From Bacteroidales bacterium (lineage in GTDB: Bacteria > Bacteroidota > Bacteroidia > Bacteroidales > UBA1715): a stretch of 64,000 nt of DNA. Under the pieces are notes generated by a model. That model saw only the letters and a program-made list of their open reading frames with translations, ran no database searches and was not told the origin of the DNA. A program made the translations under genes and the position numbers. Below are positions 26,019 to 35,119 of the stretch, in pieces. Where the stretch lies: positions 11,909 to 75,908 of the forward strand of contig JAFXAU010000003.1 of NCBI GenBank assembly GCA_017516865.1. Reading direction: 5' to 3'. Numbering within the stretch: position 1 is the first letter of the stretch; every line of letters starts with the position of its first letter.

Positions 26019-26042
26019 TTTTTTCGGACTTGATAATGCGTG

Positions 26043-26294
26043 TTAGTTAAGATTCAAACGTTTCTCGCCGTTTTGAATGTAAATTTCCTCGTATTTGAGA
26101 CCTTCTTCGGCTGGCTTGATTTCCACCACGTCGGCAGAAATCTGCTTGGTAAGTTCATCAACAATGGAACGTACATTGCCGGTATAACTATAATATGCCA
26201 CCAGCGTCCTGCCAATTTGTTCCGCATAGACTTTGTTATTCCTTGAACAACAAGTACATAGAATTAAAATCAACAAAAAAGAAAAATATCTCAT
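26043..26294 (-). pseudogene. Truncated lipoprotein flavodoxin (about 83 aa of an expected ~170-190)
   Basis: MRYFSFLLILILCTCC lipobox then LVAYYSYTGNVRSIVDEL...ADVVEIKP (flavodoxin N-terminal half). Terminates early compared with the paralogue at 12008-12595. Confidence 0.4.
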
Positions 26295-26307
26295 AACTAA
26301 GAGAATT

Positions 26308-27015
26308 TTATTTACAACTAAATTCAACTATAGCGCTTACCTTGTCGTTTACCGACAGTGAAACCGTTACGACATCGTCTGTGGTAAAAACCGTAGGGAT
26401 TAGCACTTCGCCATATTTTGTTGCGATTTTATATTCCACCCGAAGACTTTTCACATTAAAATTATCTGGAAGAAGTTCCATTGCCATGCGGATGTAATTC
26501 GCATTGTTCACGTGTCGGTTGTAGTCGATGTCGGATTTCATCACGGGAATAGCGTCGTATTTCACGCCGCCGTCCTTGGGCAACACAATTCGGTGTTCTT
26601 TGTAATCCATTTCCAATTGCGAATCCAAAGCCATTGTTTCGAGCGTTGCCGCGTCAATACGTTTTAGCCGCCCCGTTGCCTTGTCGATAAAAGCTCCCAG
26701 ACTCCACGTTTTGTAGCAGGGATTTCCGTCGGAGTCGTAAATAAACGTGTTGCGATAGCCGAACATTGGTTTCATGTCGTAAACCGACGTTGTTACCGTG
26801 AGATTCTCCTTGTATTGCGGCACACGCATAATTTCCACCTGACGGAATGCCAGCACCTGAGTCATATTTTGGTCGGCAAAATATTGTTTTATGCCCGGCT
26901 CGCTGTCTATCCACAGTTCGGAACAGTCCTGCATCATTTGGAGAGCGGAATAAAGTTTTAGTCGCCCTTCGCTGTTGCAGGTACTTATGGTTACTTTGTG
27001 ATTTAAACTGTACAT
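26308..27015 (-). CDS. Acyl-ACP thioesterase (FatA/B-like double hot-dog)
   Basis: The size and the sequence KVTISTCNSEGRLKLYSALQMMQD...DIDYNRHVNNANYIRMAME match the acyl-ACP thioesterase family. Confidence 0.7.
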   Translation of the reverse strand: MYSLNHKVTISTCNSEGRLKLYSALQMMQDCSELWIDSEPGIKQYFADQNMTQVLAFRQVEIMRVPQYKENLTVTTSVYDMKPMFGYRNTFIYDSDGNPCYKTWSLGAFIDKATGRLKRIDAATLETMALDSQLEMDYKEHRIVLPKDGGVKYDAIPVMKSDIDYNRHVNNANYIRMAMELLPDNFNVKSLRVEYKIATKYGEVLIPTVFTTDDVVTVSLSVNDKVSAIVEFSCK

Positions 27016-27033
27016 TTTTCCTCCGTTTGTTAT

Positions 27034-27921
27034 TTAAGCCGCCCTGTATTCCGTAGGCGTTTTTCCTGTTTTTCGTTTGAAGAAGCGGACAAAATGTTGT
27101 GGATAGCCGAATCCCAGTCGGTCGCTTACTTGAGCTATGCTGAGCGTCTGACTGTTGAGCAGTTCCTTGGCACGGTTTACAATGTGGTCGGCAATGAAAT
27201 CTTGTGCTGTCTTGCCTGTTTCCACTTTTACCAATTCTCCGAAATAGCCAGCTGTGAGGTTGCATTTTTCGGCAAAATATGCCACCGTCGGGATGCCTTG
27301 GGTTTCGGCGTGATTGTCGATATAGTCGTTCAGCAGCGATTCAAATTTCTGTACCGTCACGTGGTTGATTTCCTCACGGGTGATGAACTGGCGGTCGTAG
27401 AAACGCAGGCAGTAGTTCAGCAGCAGTTCTATATTGGAAACAATCAGTTCGCGGCTGTGCTTGTCGATTGCGTGTTGCAGTTCCTGCTGAATCATAGCCA
27501 GCACGCTACGGAAAATCTCGATTTCGCTTGTGGAAAGATGCAGTGCCTCGTTGCTTGAGTAGGAGAAAAACTCATATCGCGAAATTTGCCGTCCCAACTG
27601 CGTGCGAGCTAGAAAATCGGGATGGAAGAGCAATGCCGTCCATTTTGGATTTGGCACTTCGGGATTCGGTTCAATGTGGATTGCTTGTCCAGGGGCGAAT
27701 GAAGTCACAGTCATTTCGTCGAAGTCATATTTTGTGCGGCCATACGAAAGTTTGCAGCCCTTGTTTTCCTTCAGAAACAGAGCATACACACCATAGTGAA
27801 CCAAGCATTCGTCAATGGGCGTTTGCTTGTCGTAGCGAACCACGCTCACAAGCGGATGTAGGGTTTCAAAACCGTAGAAATCGTTAAACTGCTGAACAGT
27901 GTCGAAATGTATTTCGTTCAT
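27034..27921 (-). CDS. AraC-family transcriptional regulator
   Basis: C-terminal dual HTH (...IPTVAYFAEKCNLTAGYFGELVKVETGKTAQDF...LSIAQVSDRLGFGYPQHFVRFFKRKTGKTPTEYR). The ATG at 27921 (MNEIHFDTV) follows the -7 box. Confidence 0.85.
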   Translation of the reverse strand: MNEIHFDTVQQFNDFYGFETLHPLVSVVRYDKQTPIDECLVHYGVYALFLKENKGCKLSYGRTKYDFDEMTVTSFAPGQAIHIEPNPEVPNPKWTALLFHPDFLARTQLGRQISRYEFFSYSSNEALHLSTSEIEIFRSVLAMIQQELQHAIDKHSRELIVSNIELLLNYCLRFYDRQFITREEINHVTVQKFESLLNDYIDNHAETQGIPTVAYFAEKCNLTAGYFGELVKVETGKTAQDFIADHIVNRAKELLNSQTLSIAQVSDRLGFGYPQHFVRFFKRKTGKTPTEYRAA

Positions 27922-27935
27922 TTTCTTTGTTTTTG

Positions 27936-27943
27936 CAAATATA
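27936..27943 (-). promoter_or_regulatory. -7 promoter box (reverse complement TAtaTTTG) for the AraC/thioesterase operon
   Basis: caaatata on the plus strand, 15 nt upstream of the ATG at 27921. Confidence 0.45.
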
Positions 27944-27976
27944 CGGCAAAATGCCAAAATATGCCGATGGACGGAT

Positions 27977-28001
27977 TTCGGAAAGAATTACCAAAATTGA
28001 G
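27977..28001 (-). promoter_or_regulatory. TTCGG-N16-TTGAG copy of the AraC-type direct-repeat motif
   Basis: ttcggaaagaattaccaaaattgag, 41 nt distal to the -7 box. The second half-site is degenerate. Confidence 0.3.
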
Positions 28002-28136
28002 GGTTACATTTTAATGCTCAATGCCATCTTCAAATGTCCGTTGTTTTGTGTGGAGTGTGACATTTCATTATTTATTTGGGGGCTTGTTTTATATAGAAAC
28101 ACACTATAAGATTTATTCCACTTTTCCCAAAATTTC

Positions 28137-28144
28137 TATATTTG
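28137..28144 (+). promoter_or_regulatory. -7 promoter box (TAtaTTTG) for the AlbA_2-domain gene
   Basis: tatatttg lies 63 nt upstream of the ATG at 28207. Confidence 0.4.
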
Positions 28145-28206
28145 CAAAAGTATAAACGTAAAATAAAAACAACGATTTGAAATAAAATTCAACTTAAACA
28201 CCCATA

Positions 28207-29577
28207 ATGATAGAAACAAACCGCATAGAATTTAAACGAGAACTGACTCCCGACCTTGATTTGGAGAAGGAGGTTGTGGCCTTTCTCAATTACCATGAAG
28301 GAGGAATGATTTATATTGGTATTGATGATGACGGGCTCCCTGTCGGCGTGAAGGACATAGATGGGGATATGCTTAAAATCAAGGACCGCATTCGTACAGG
28401 AATATCTCCATCGCCCATGGGGTTGTTTGATGTCAAGGTCGAAGAAATCGACAATATTTCTGTCATTAAGATTTTTATCGCCAGTGGAAGCGATAAACCT
28501 TATTACAAAACTCGTTATGGTCTGTCGGAGAAGGGATGTTTTATGCGTGTTGGTACGGCAGCCGAACCTATGACCAACGAGCAGATCGAAGACCTTTTTT
28601 CCCGAAAAGTGCACAACACACTCAAAAATGTAGTTTCGCCGCGACAGGATTTGACTTTTGTTCAGCTAAAAATATACTACACCGAAAAAGGGTTTCAACT
28701 CAACGATAATTTTATCCGTTCACTTGATTTGATGACTGACGACGGGAAATACAATTATGTGGCATATCTACTCGCCGATGAGAATGGTAATTCTATGAAA
28801 TTGGCAAAATATGCAGGCACAGACCGTTACGACCTTATTTCAAACAACGAGTACGGCTATTGCTGCCTGATTACTGCCACAAGGAAAGTGCTTGACAAAC
28901 TTGATGTGGAAAACAAAGTGTCATCGAAAATTACACCGACAAGGCGTATAGACACACCGCAATGGGACAGGTTATCCGTAAGAGAAGCTGTAATAAATGC
29001 TGTTGTCCATAACGATTATATTTATGGAGCACCATCGAAGATTGAACTTTTTTCCGACCGTTTAGAAATCACTTCCATAGGCAGGATTCCGTTAGGTTTG
29101 ACGAAAGATGATTTTTTCAATGGTGTGAGTTTGCCTCGTAACAGGGAACTTATGCGTGTGTTCCGTGATGTAGAAATGGTAGAATCGCTTGGCTCGGGGA
29201 TGAACCGCATTATGCGTACCTATGGACGTGAAAATTTCGAGTTCGGCAACAATTACGTACGTATGATTGTACCGTATCATTGGATTCCAGAAAACGACGA
29301 AGAGGTAAACGAGGAAGTAGAACGTTCTCAGAAAATGGATTCGAAAGTAAAAAATGTCGGAAGTGATGTCGGTAGTTTGTCGGAAGTGCAACTCACTGAT
29401 AGACAAAATAAAATATGCCATATTTTGAAAGAAAATCCCAATGCATCTGCAAAACAAATGTCGGAAGTTTTGTCGGTGGTTCAACGAACTATTGAAAGAG
29501 ACCTTGCTGTTTTACAGCAGAAAGGTGTTATAAAGCATTTTGGCAATACTAGTGGTGGTCATTGGGAATTTTTATAA
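28207..29577 (+). CDS. AlbA_2 (Schlafen-like) + HATPase_c_4-like + wHTH putative DNA-binding regulator (often annotated RecG-like)
   Basis: N-terminal ETNRIEFKRELTPDLDLEKEVVAFLNYHEGGMIYIGIDDDG (AlbA_2 signature). C-terminal LTDRQNKICHILKENPNASAKQMSEVLSVVQRTIERDLAVLQQKG is wHTH-like. Confidence 0.7.
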   Translation: MIETNRIEFKRELTPDLDLEKEVVAFLNYHEGGMIYIGIDDDGLPVGVKDIDGDMLKIKDRIRTGISPSPMGLFDVKVEEIDNISVIKIFIASGSDKPYYKTRYGLSEKGCFMRVGTAAEPMTNEQIEDLFSRKVHNTLKNVVSPRQDLTFVQLKIYYTEKGFQLNDNFIRSLDLMTDDGKYNYVAYLLADENGNSMKLAKYAGTDRYDLISNNEYGYCCLITATRKVLDKLDVENKVSSKITPTRRIDTPQWDRLSVREAVINAVVHNDYIYGAPSKIELFSDRLEITSIGRIPLGLTKDDFFNGVSLPRNRELMRVFRDVEMVESLGSGMNRIMRTYGRENFEFGNNYVRMIVPYHWIPENDEEVNEEVERSQKMDSKVKNVGSDVGSLSEVQLTDRQNKICHILKENPNASAKQMSEVLSVVQRTIERDLAVLQQKGVIKHFGNTSGGHWEFL

Positions 29578-29810
29578 TATAAACAAGATATAAAACTTTA
29601 ATGTAAAAACAAGAAACAGAAAGATTTGAAGTAACATATTGAGCTTTAGATTTTAATCTCTATTCTGAAAAATCGCCAATTTTAAGTCTCGGAGAGGAAA
29701 GTCGATTGAAGTTCACGCATTGGCGTGGATTGATTCGTGCTTATCCGAGACAGGTGTTTGGCGATACCTTCAGAATAGTAAGCAATAAACGAACAATTGA
29801 CGCCTTTTTT

Positions 29811-30032
29811 ATGCACATAGGGAACGCAATATATAATGAACTGAAACGGCAAGGACGCACGGTAGTGTGGTTTGCCAAAACCTTGCCGTGCAACCGAAGC
29901 ACTGCCTACGACATATTTAGCCGCCCCACCATTGACATAGAGCAACTTTCGCGCATTTGCAAAATGTTGAACCACAACTTCTTTACTGATTTGCAACACG
30001 AAATGCAACGCAATTTGCAGGAAAAAGTGTAG
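29811..30032 (+). CDS. Small HTH-type DNA-binding protein
   Basis: MHIGNAIYNELKRQGRTVVWFAKTLPCNRSTAYDIFSRPTIDIEQLSRICKMLNHNFF is an XRE-like HTH. The internal ATG at 29811 is preferred. Confidence 0.45.
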   Translation: MHIGNAIYNELKRQGRTVVWFAKTLPCNRSTAYDIFSRPTIDIEQLSRICKMLNHNFFTDLQHEMQRNLQEKV

Positions 30033-30133
30033 GGAAATTACCGACAGTTCTGTCGGGATATTACATACGCACTTTCCTTTGATAATCAATTAGTTATAGT
30101 TAGTTTTGCTGAAAACCTAAAAATTATAAAAAC

Positions 30134-30589
30134 ATGGAAGAAAATAATTTTAAAGAAGCGAAATTGTTGGATATTGACAGTGTAAGAATTGTAAGGTATC
30201 TTGTAATTGATGGTTATTGCGTGATTTATTTTCGTAAAATCACAAAAGACTATAATATCTCTGTTATCAAAAAGGAAATAGGACCGGATGATATATTATT
30301 TCCAGAACCCGATGGTGTTGATAATGCAATATTAGCGATTGTAGAAAAAGCATTAAAATTGTCTAAGACGCAAATAGAAAAAAGACAACTAAATTCTGAG
30401 TTCCTTGTTTTAGACATTCAAAAAGAAAGTTTGTCAAATAAAAAAAACAATCCTCATGTGGAAATCGTTTTATGCTGGAAAGAAAAGTGTAAGCATATTC
30501 CTGTTTTCACTTTCGATAAAGGCAAACCAATAAATAATATGTGTGATGAGGATCTTTTAAGTAAAGTTAAAGAAGTAGAATTTTTATAA
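30134..30589 (+). CDS. Hypothetical protein
   Basis: 151-aa ORF with no signal peptide, immediately upstream of the LRR protein gene. No recognisable motif. Confidence 0.35.
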   Translation: MEENNFKEAKLLDIDSVRIVRYLVIDGYCVIYFRKITKDYNISVIKKEIGPDDILFPEPDGVDNAILAIVEKALKLSKTQIEKRQLNSEFLVLDIQKESLSNKKNNPHVEIVLCWKEKCKHIPVFTFDKGKPINNMCDEDLLSKVKEVEFL

Positions 30590-30596
30590 TTTAGCC

Positions 30597-31952
30597 ATGA
30601 AAAAACTTTTTACACTTTTTCTCACGCTATTTGTAGCAAGTAGCGTGTGGGCAGATGATTATGTGGAGAGAGAGGGAATAAAATATCGTTTACAGCGTAT
30701 ATATGATGCTGAAAAGAAAGATTTCATATACATCGCATACGTAAGTAGTAACGATTATTCTGGAAGTGTGACGACAATTGATACATTGGTTAATAATAAT
30801 GGTTATAAATATTCTGTGATAGCGATTGATCGTGAGGCTTTTGAGGATTGTACAGGTTTGACTTCCATTACTATTCCAAACAGTGTAACTTCAATTGGAT
30901 ATGGTGCGTTTGCAAACTGTACTCGCTTGACCAGCGTAACCATCCCAAACAGTGTTGAGAAAATTAGTTCTTCTGCATTCTCTAATTGTATAAGTCTGAC
31001 ATCCATTACCATTCCAGAAAGTGTAACTTCAATTGGAGAGGGTGCGTTTGGTGGCTGTAAAAACTTAACTTCTGTAAATATGAACAGAGTTGAGACAATT
31101 GGTGAGGGAGCTTTTAAGGGTTGTACAAGTTTAACTTCCATTACTATTCCAGAAAGTGTAACCTCAATTGGAAGGGGGGCTTTTGAAAAAACTGGTCTGA
31201 AATCAATAACAATAGCTTGTAATTTGATGAATTGTAAGGAGATGATGGGTATTGCAGATGATATAAATGATGCAACTGTAACTATATTAAGTAGTGTTAC
31301 TTCAATTAATCCTTTTCAGTACATTGGGTTTGGTCAAGGTATATCGATTTATTTTGAAGGAATGGAACCACCAGTTTTCTATGAGTGGGTGTATGACGAA
31401 TATGATTTAACATATGAGCTAAAGGAATGCGAAGAATGTGACGCTTCGTCAATGGTCACATATGGTGGACTAAAAAAAGTGTCTGTCCCTTGCGAAGCCA
31501 TAGAGACATATAAAGAAAAATGGCCTAATATAGCCGATATGTTGTCTGGACAACCCGATGTATGGTATGATAAGGAACGTTGTACGATACAGTTAACTCT
31601 TGATTGCCCAAATTATATAATGGAAGTCGTCCCAGCTCCAGGTTATAGATTTGTAGAATGGAATGATGGTAATACAGATATCAAACGTATTGTTGCAGTA
31701 GGTTCAAAAAAATCTTTTAGAGCAAGGGTAGAACCTATAGATAATAATAATAACAACAATAATACCAATACTGCCATTTCTGAGATTTCCAATGCCAAGG
31801 CTATTACAATCGTAAACGGTCAAATCCTTGTAAACGACGAAGCACCAGCATTCGTGGAAACCGTTTCAGGTCAGAAAATCGCAAATGCAAACCTCAAATC
31901 GGGTGTGTATTTTGTGGTGGTAGATGGCGAAATGGTAAAGGTGATGAAATAA
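30597..31952 (+). CDS. BspA-like leucine-rich-repeat surface protein with a T9SS C-terminal sorting domain
   Basis: Signal peptide, at least five LRR_5 units (LTSITIPxSVTSIGxGAFxxC), a poly-Asn linker, and a C-terminal ...GVYFVVVDGEMVKVMK T9SS CTD-like tail. Confidence 0.8.
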   Translation: MKKLFTLFLTLFVASSVWADDYVEREGIKYRLQRIYDAEKKDFIYIAYVSSNDYSGSVTTIDTLVNNNGYKYSVIAIDREAFEDCTGLTSITIPNSVTSIGYGAFANCTRLTSVTIPNSVEKISSSAFSNCISLTSITIPESVTSIGEGAFGGCKNLTSVNMNRVETIGEGAFKGCTSLTSITIPESVTSIGRGAFEKTGLKSITIACNLMNCKEMMGIADDINDATVTILSSVTSINPFQYIGFGQGISIYFEGMEPPVFYEWVYDEYDLTYELKECEECDASSMVTYGGLKKVSVPCEAIETYKEKWPNIADMLSGQPDVWYDKERCTIQLTLDCPNYIMEVVPAPGYRFVEWNDGNTDIKRIVAVGSKKSFRARVEPIDNNNNNNNTNTAISEISNAKAITIVNGQILVNDEAPAFVETVSGQKIANANLKSGVYFVVVDGEMVKVMK

Positions 31953-31982
31953 TGCACAATGCATAATTCACAATGCACAATT

Positions 31983-32012
31983 AAGGGATTTCTGCAAGGA
32001 AGTCCCTTTTTT
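31983..32012 (+). terminator. Rho-independent terminator after the LRR gene
   Basis: aagggatttctgcaaggaagtccc hairpin followed by tttttt. Confidence 0.65.
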
Positions 32013-32181
32013 AGTGCATAAAAAAAAGTTTGATTATTAAGTATTTGCACCTGAATAGTTGTAAATTTTCTAAAAATACTTGCATCCTCTATCTAAATTA
32101 GAGTATATTTGCATTGCAGTCCCGGTAATTCCTCTCCCAAACAGAGTGTTGGTGAAGAATCCGGGTTTTATTTTTTATACC

Positions 32182-32868
32182 ATGAATGAATTAGAAATTA
32201 TGTTTGCCGCATTCTCTGCCCAACGTTTGAGCAAATATATTGCTTATAACAATGGCGATGCCGCACAAGTTGTAAAACACTACAAGTCAAATTTACGACT
32301 TGCCGAATCTTTGTATGTTAGTCTGTCCATCTTCGAAGTCACACTTCGTAACGCTTTGAGTCGTGAACTACGTGGCTTTGCAGGAATGGAAGACTGGTTT
32401 GAATTATTCTACACTACTTCCGAATTACAGCCACTTATTTCCGATATTGATAAAGCAAAGCGGCAAATCCACCATCGAGGGGAAGTTGTAACTACCAATA
32501 AAATTATTTCGGAATTGACTTTTGGATTCTGGGTAACGTTGCTTAACAGCCAATATGAACGAGTTTTGTGGAAATCACTTCGAAAAGCATTCCCTTATAT
32601 GCCTAAACAAATCCGCAAACGTAAGAATGTCTCTGCGCCTTGTAACTCGCTTCGACGTTTACGAAATCGAATTTTTCACCACGAAAGTATTTGTTGGGAT
32701 TTGAAATATGTGACTTCTTTGCACGAAGAACTAATCACCGTTCTTGGTTGGATGAATGCTGAAATGCCCCAATGGCTCGCAACCATTGATAATTTCAACA
32801 ATGTGACCACTTTTATCTATAATGATATGGGGTGGAATAATGAGAACAAAAAAGAAACTCTTTCATAA
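32182..32868 (+). CDS. Abi_2-family (AbiD/AbiF-like) abortive-infection protein
   Basis: MNELEIMFAAFSAQRLSKYI...LAESLYVSLSIFEVTLRNAL...LRRLRNRIFHHE matches the Abi-like family. The ATG at 32182 follows tatatttg at about 32103. Confidence 0.7.
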   Translation: MNELEIMFAAFSAQRLSKYIAYNNGDAAQVVKHYKSNLRLAESLYVSLSIFEVTLRNALSRELRGFAGMEDWFELFYTTSELQPLISDIDKAKRQIHHRGEVVTTNKIISELTFGFWVTLLNSQYERVLWKSLRKAFPYMPKQIRKRKNVSAPCNSLRRLRNRIFHHESICWDLKYVTSLHEELITVLGWMNAEMPQWLATIDNFNNVTTFIYNDMGWNNENKKETLS

Positions 32869-32898
32869 ATTTCGAGAGGCAACATAGAGTTGTAATTA

Positions 32899-32927
32899 AG
32901 GAATTTCCGCAAGGAAATCCCTTTTTT
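32899..32927 (+). terminator. Rho-independent terminator after the Abi gene (homologous to 31983-32012)
   Basis: aaggaatttccgcaaggaaatccc hairpin followed by tttttt. Confidence 0.6.
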
Positions 32928-32995
32928 CAACTCAACATCGGTTACTGTTTTCATTTATGAAAAAAGTAACAGAATAGCATCGTGTTATTGCAGAA

Positions 32996-34087
32996 TTACT
33001 TCAAATTCTCTTTGAAAAACGCTTCGATTTTGTCGTATGGAATCTTGTTGTTTTTGTCGTCGTAAAGGTCGGTGTGGACGGCATCGGGGATAATCATAAT
33101 CTCTTTATTACCGTCTTTCATACTTTTGCCGTCGCACTTTTTGCCCGTCATTTTTTCAAATGCGTATTCGCTGAAATAGCGGCTGTGGGCTTTTTCGCCG
33201 TGAATCAGCAGCACAGGGGTTGCAATCTCGTGAGCGTAGCAAAGCAACGGCTGGTTCAGGAACGACTGGCAACCTGTCACATTCCAACCGTCGTTGGAGT
33301 TGCCGCTCCGTTTGTGGTAGCCACGCGGAGTTTTGTAATAATCGTAATAATCCTTCACAAACCACGGAGCGTCGTCGGGCAACGGGTCGATTACGCCGCC
33401 GGCACGTTTGTAACTGCCCGTGCGGAAGTCTTCGGTACGTTGAGCCGCAATTGCCTTGCGTTTTTCCATACGCTGTTCGGGCGTGTTCTCGCTGCCAAAA
33501 TATCCTTCAACATTGACTTTGCTCATATCGTACATTGTTGATGCTACCGTCGCTTTGATTCTCGGGTCGAGAGCGGCCGCGTTGATTGCCATTCCGCCCC
33601 AGCCGCAAACGCCAATGATTCCGATACGTTCAGCGTCAACATTTTCCTGAACTGACAGGAAGTCAACCGCCGCAAGGAAATCTTCGGTGTTGATGTCGGG
33701 CGAGGCCATACGACGAGGTTCTCCGCCACTTTCGCCCGTAAACGACGGGTCGAACGCAAGGGTAATTAATCCCCGTTCAGCCATGTGTTGTGCGTAAAGT
33801 CCGCTGGTTTGTTCCTTCACCGCTCCGAACGGCCCCGAAACGGCGATTGCCGCCAATTTGCCTTGTGCGTTTTTGGGCGTGTACATATCGGCTGCCAATT
33901 CAATTCCGTAACGATTGCGAAACGTAACTTTCTTGTGGTCAACGTTTTCGCTTTGTGGGAAAACTTTGTCCCATTCCTGTGTCAATTCAAGTTCTTGTTT
34001 CTGATTATCCATATTTCTTTCTTGTTTTTGTTGCGAGCAGCTTGCCAACAAAGCCACACACGCACCGATTAATACTAATTTTTTCAT
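32996..34087 (-). CDS. Lipoprotein alpha/beta hydrolase (dienelactone-hydrolase / YcjY-like)
   Basis: MKKLVLIGACVALLASC lipobox and nucleophile elbow GVCGWGG (GxCxG, Cys in place of Ser as in dienelactone hydrolases). The ATG at 34087 is preferred. Confidence 0.65.
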   Translation of the reverse strand: MKKLVLIGACVALLASCSQQKQERNMDNQKQELELTQEWDKVFPQSENVDHKKVTFRNRYGIELAADMYTPKNAQGKLAAIAVSGPFGAVKEQTSGLYAQHMAERGLITLAFDPSFTGESGGEPRRMASPDINTEDFLAAVDFLSVQENVDAERIGIIGVCGWGGMAINAAALDPRIKATVASTMYDMSKVNVEGYFGSENTPEQRMEKRKAIAAQRTEDFRTGSYKRAGGVIDPLPDDAPWFVKDYYDYYKTPRGYHKRSGNSNDGWNVTGCQSFLNQPLLCYAHEIATPVLLIHGEKAHSRYFSEYAFEKMTGKKCDGKSMKDGNKEIMIIPDAVHTDLYDDKNNKIPYDKIEAFFKENLK

Positions 34088-34113
34088 ATTATCCTTTTTT
34101 GAATTATCAAAAG

Positions 34114-34121
34114 CAAAAGTA
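34114..34121 (-). promoter_or_regulatory. -7 promoter box (reverse complement TActTTTG) for the hydrolase gene
   Basis: caaaagta on the plus strand, 27 nt upstream of the ATG at 34087. Confidence 0.4.
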
Positions 34122-34153
34122 TTCATTTCACATCAAAATGATTGTATCTAAAT

Positions 34154-34179
34154 TTTGGGAAAAGTTACCAAAATTTTGG
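34154..34179 (-). promoter_or_regulatory. TTTGG-N16-TTTGG copy of the AraC-type direct-repeat motif
   Basis: tttgggaaaagttaccaaaattttgg, 40 nt distal to the -7 box. Confidence 0.3.
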
Positions 34180-34231
34180 GATTTTTTATGCGGAAGGACA
34201 ATTTTATAGTTTTTCATTTTTCATGAAAACC

Positions 34232-34642
34232 CTATTGCTTTCTGTTTATATATTCCGAAAGAGTTTGAATATATTTATTGGTTTCTGCATACAATTCGTC
34301 TGCCATTTCTTTGTCGCAGAAAAAGAAATCATCGTAATCGCCCGTCTGCCGTTTTTCAAAAAGTGTGGAAAAGGTTTTACCGATTTCAATAGGGAAAATA
34401 CCTGTTTTTATAAACTGTAAACCAAGCATAGTTTTTGCTCCACTATGCGTGTGGGTGACCAAATTGTGTTTAAGAAATAGTGCGATTGTTGCATAGTAGC
34501 AAGCATAATATAGGCGATTTATGGTCGCATTGTAAAAACCGCTGTTGAGAAGAAGTTCTGCTTCTTTCAATGTTTCGGTTGCCCTGGATAACCGATATTG
34601 AATTAAATCGTTTCTATTTTCTTCTGGAAGAGTTTCTTTCAT
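34232..34642 (-). CDS. HEPN-domain protein (putative toxin partner of the MNT)
   Basis: The HEPN-like helical protein ends with ...EKRQTGDYDD (R-x4-DY type motif). Overlaps the MNT gene by 4 nt. Confidence 0.65.
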   Translation of the reverse strand: MKETLPEENRNDLIQYRLSRATETLKEAELLLNSGFYNATINRLYYACYYATIALFLKHNLVTHTHSGAKTMLGLQFIKTGIFPIEIGKTFSTLFEKRQTGDYDDFFFCDKEMADELYAETNKYIQTLSEYINRKQ

Positions 34643-34953
34643 AATATAATGCCTTCATTGGTTACGTTTATATAAAAAGGTGTTTTTATGGGGCGTCGTT
34701 CCCATTGTTTTTTTGTCATTACCAACGGACTGATGGATACGCCGTATTGTAGTTCTATTTCGTATAAAGGTGTTGTTAATTCGTTTTCACGTAACAAAGA
34801 AACGTGCGTATCGTTTACCAAGATCAGTAAATCGATGTCGCTTTCGTCTGTTGCATCGCCACGAGCCTGCGAACCATACAAAATCACCTGCACATCGTCT
34901 TTCCACGAATGAGCAATGTTTTTTATTTCGTTTATGACATCTTGGCGAACCAT
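34639..34953 (-). CDS. Minimal nucleotidyltransferase (MNT) domain protein
   Basis: YGSQARGDATDESDIDLL (GS-x9-DxD pol-beta NTase motif). A -7 box (reverse complement tatatttg) lies at about 34969-34976. Confidence 0.75.
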   Translation of the reverse strand: MVRQDVINEIKNIAHSWKDDVQVILYGSQARGDATDESDIDLLILVNDTHVSLLRENELTTPLYEIELQYGVSISPLVMTKKQWERRPIKTPFYINVTNEGIIL

Positions 34954-35119
34954 ATTTTTTGATTGTAGGCAAATATATGTTAAATCACACCTAATAGCAA
35001 GAAAAAATAGCTCAATCTTTTATCGCTATTAATGGGGATTCGTATGTTTTTGATAATCTGTATAAAACAAACAGCCGAACACCCACTGGTATTCGGCTGT
35101 ACAAAACAAAACTTAAAAA

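Noticed and set aside
26654-27265. 203-aa minus-strand ORF spanning the thioesterase/AraC junction
   Set aside because: It is out of frame with two well-supported genes on the same strand and crosses their intergenic gap. Its basic low-complexity translation looks non-coding.
31741-31770. AAT/AAC codon run (poly-Asn) in the LRR protein as a possible phase-variable simple repeat
   Set aside because: It is an imperfect mix of aat/aac/acc codons in frame. It behaves as a flexible linker before the T9SS CTD rather than a slippage-prone homogeneous repeat.
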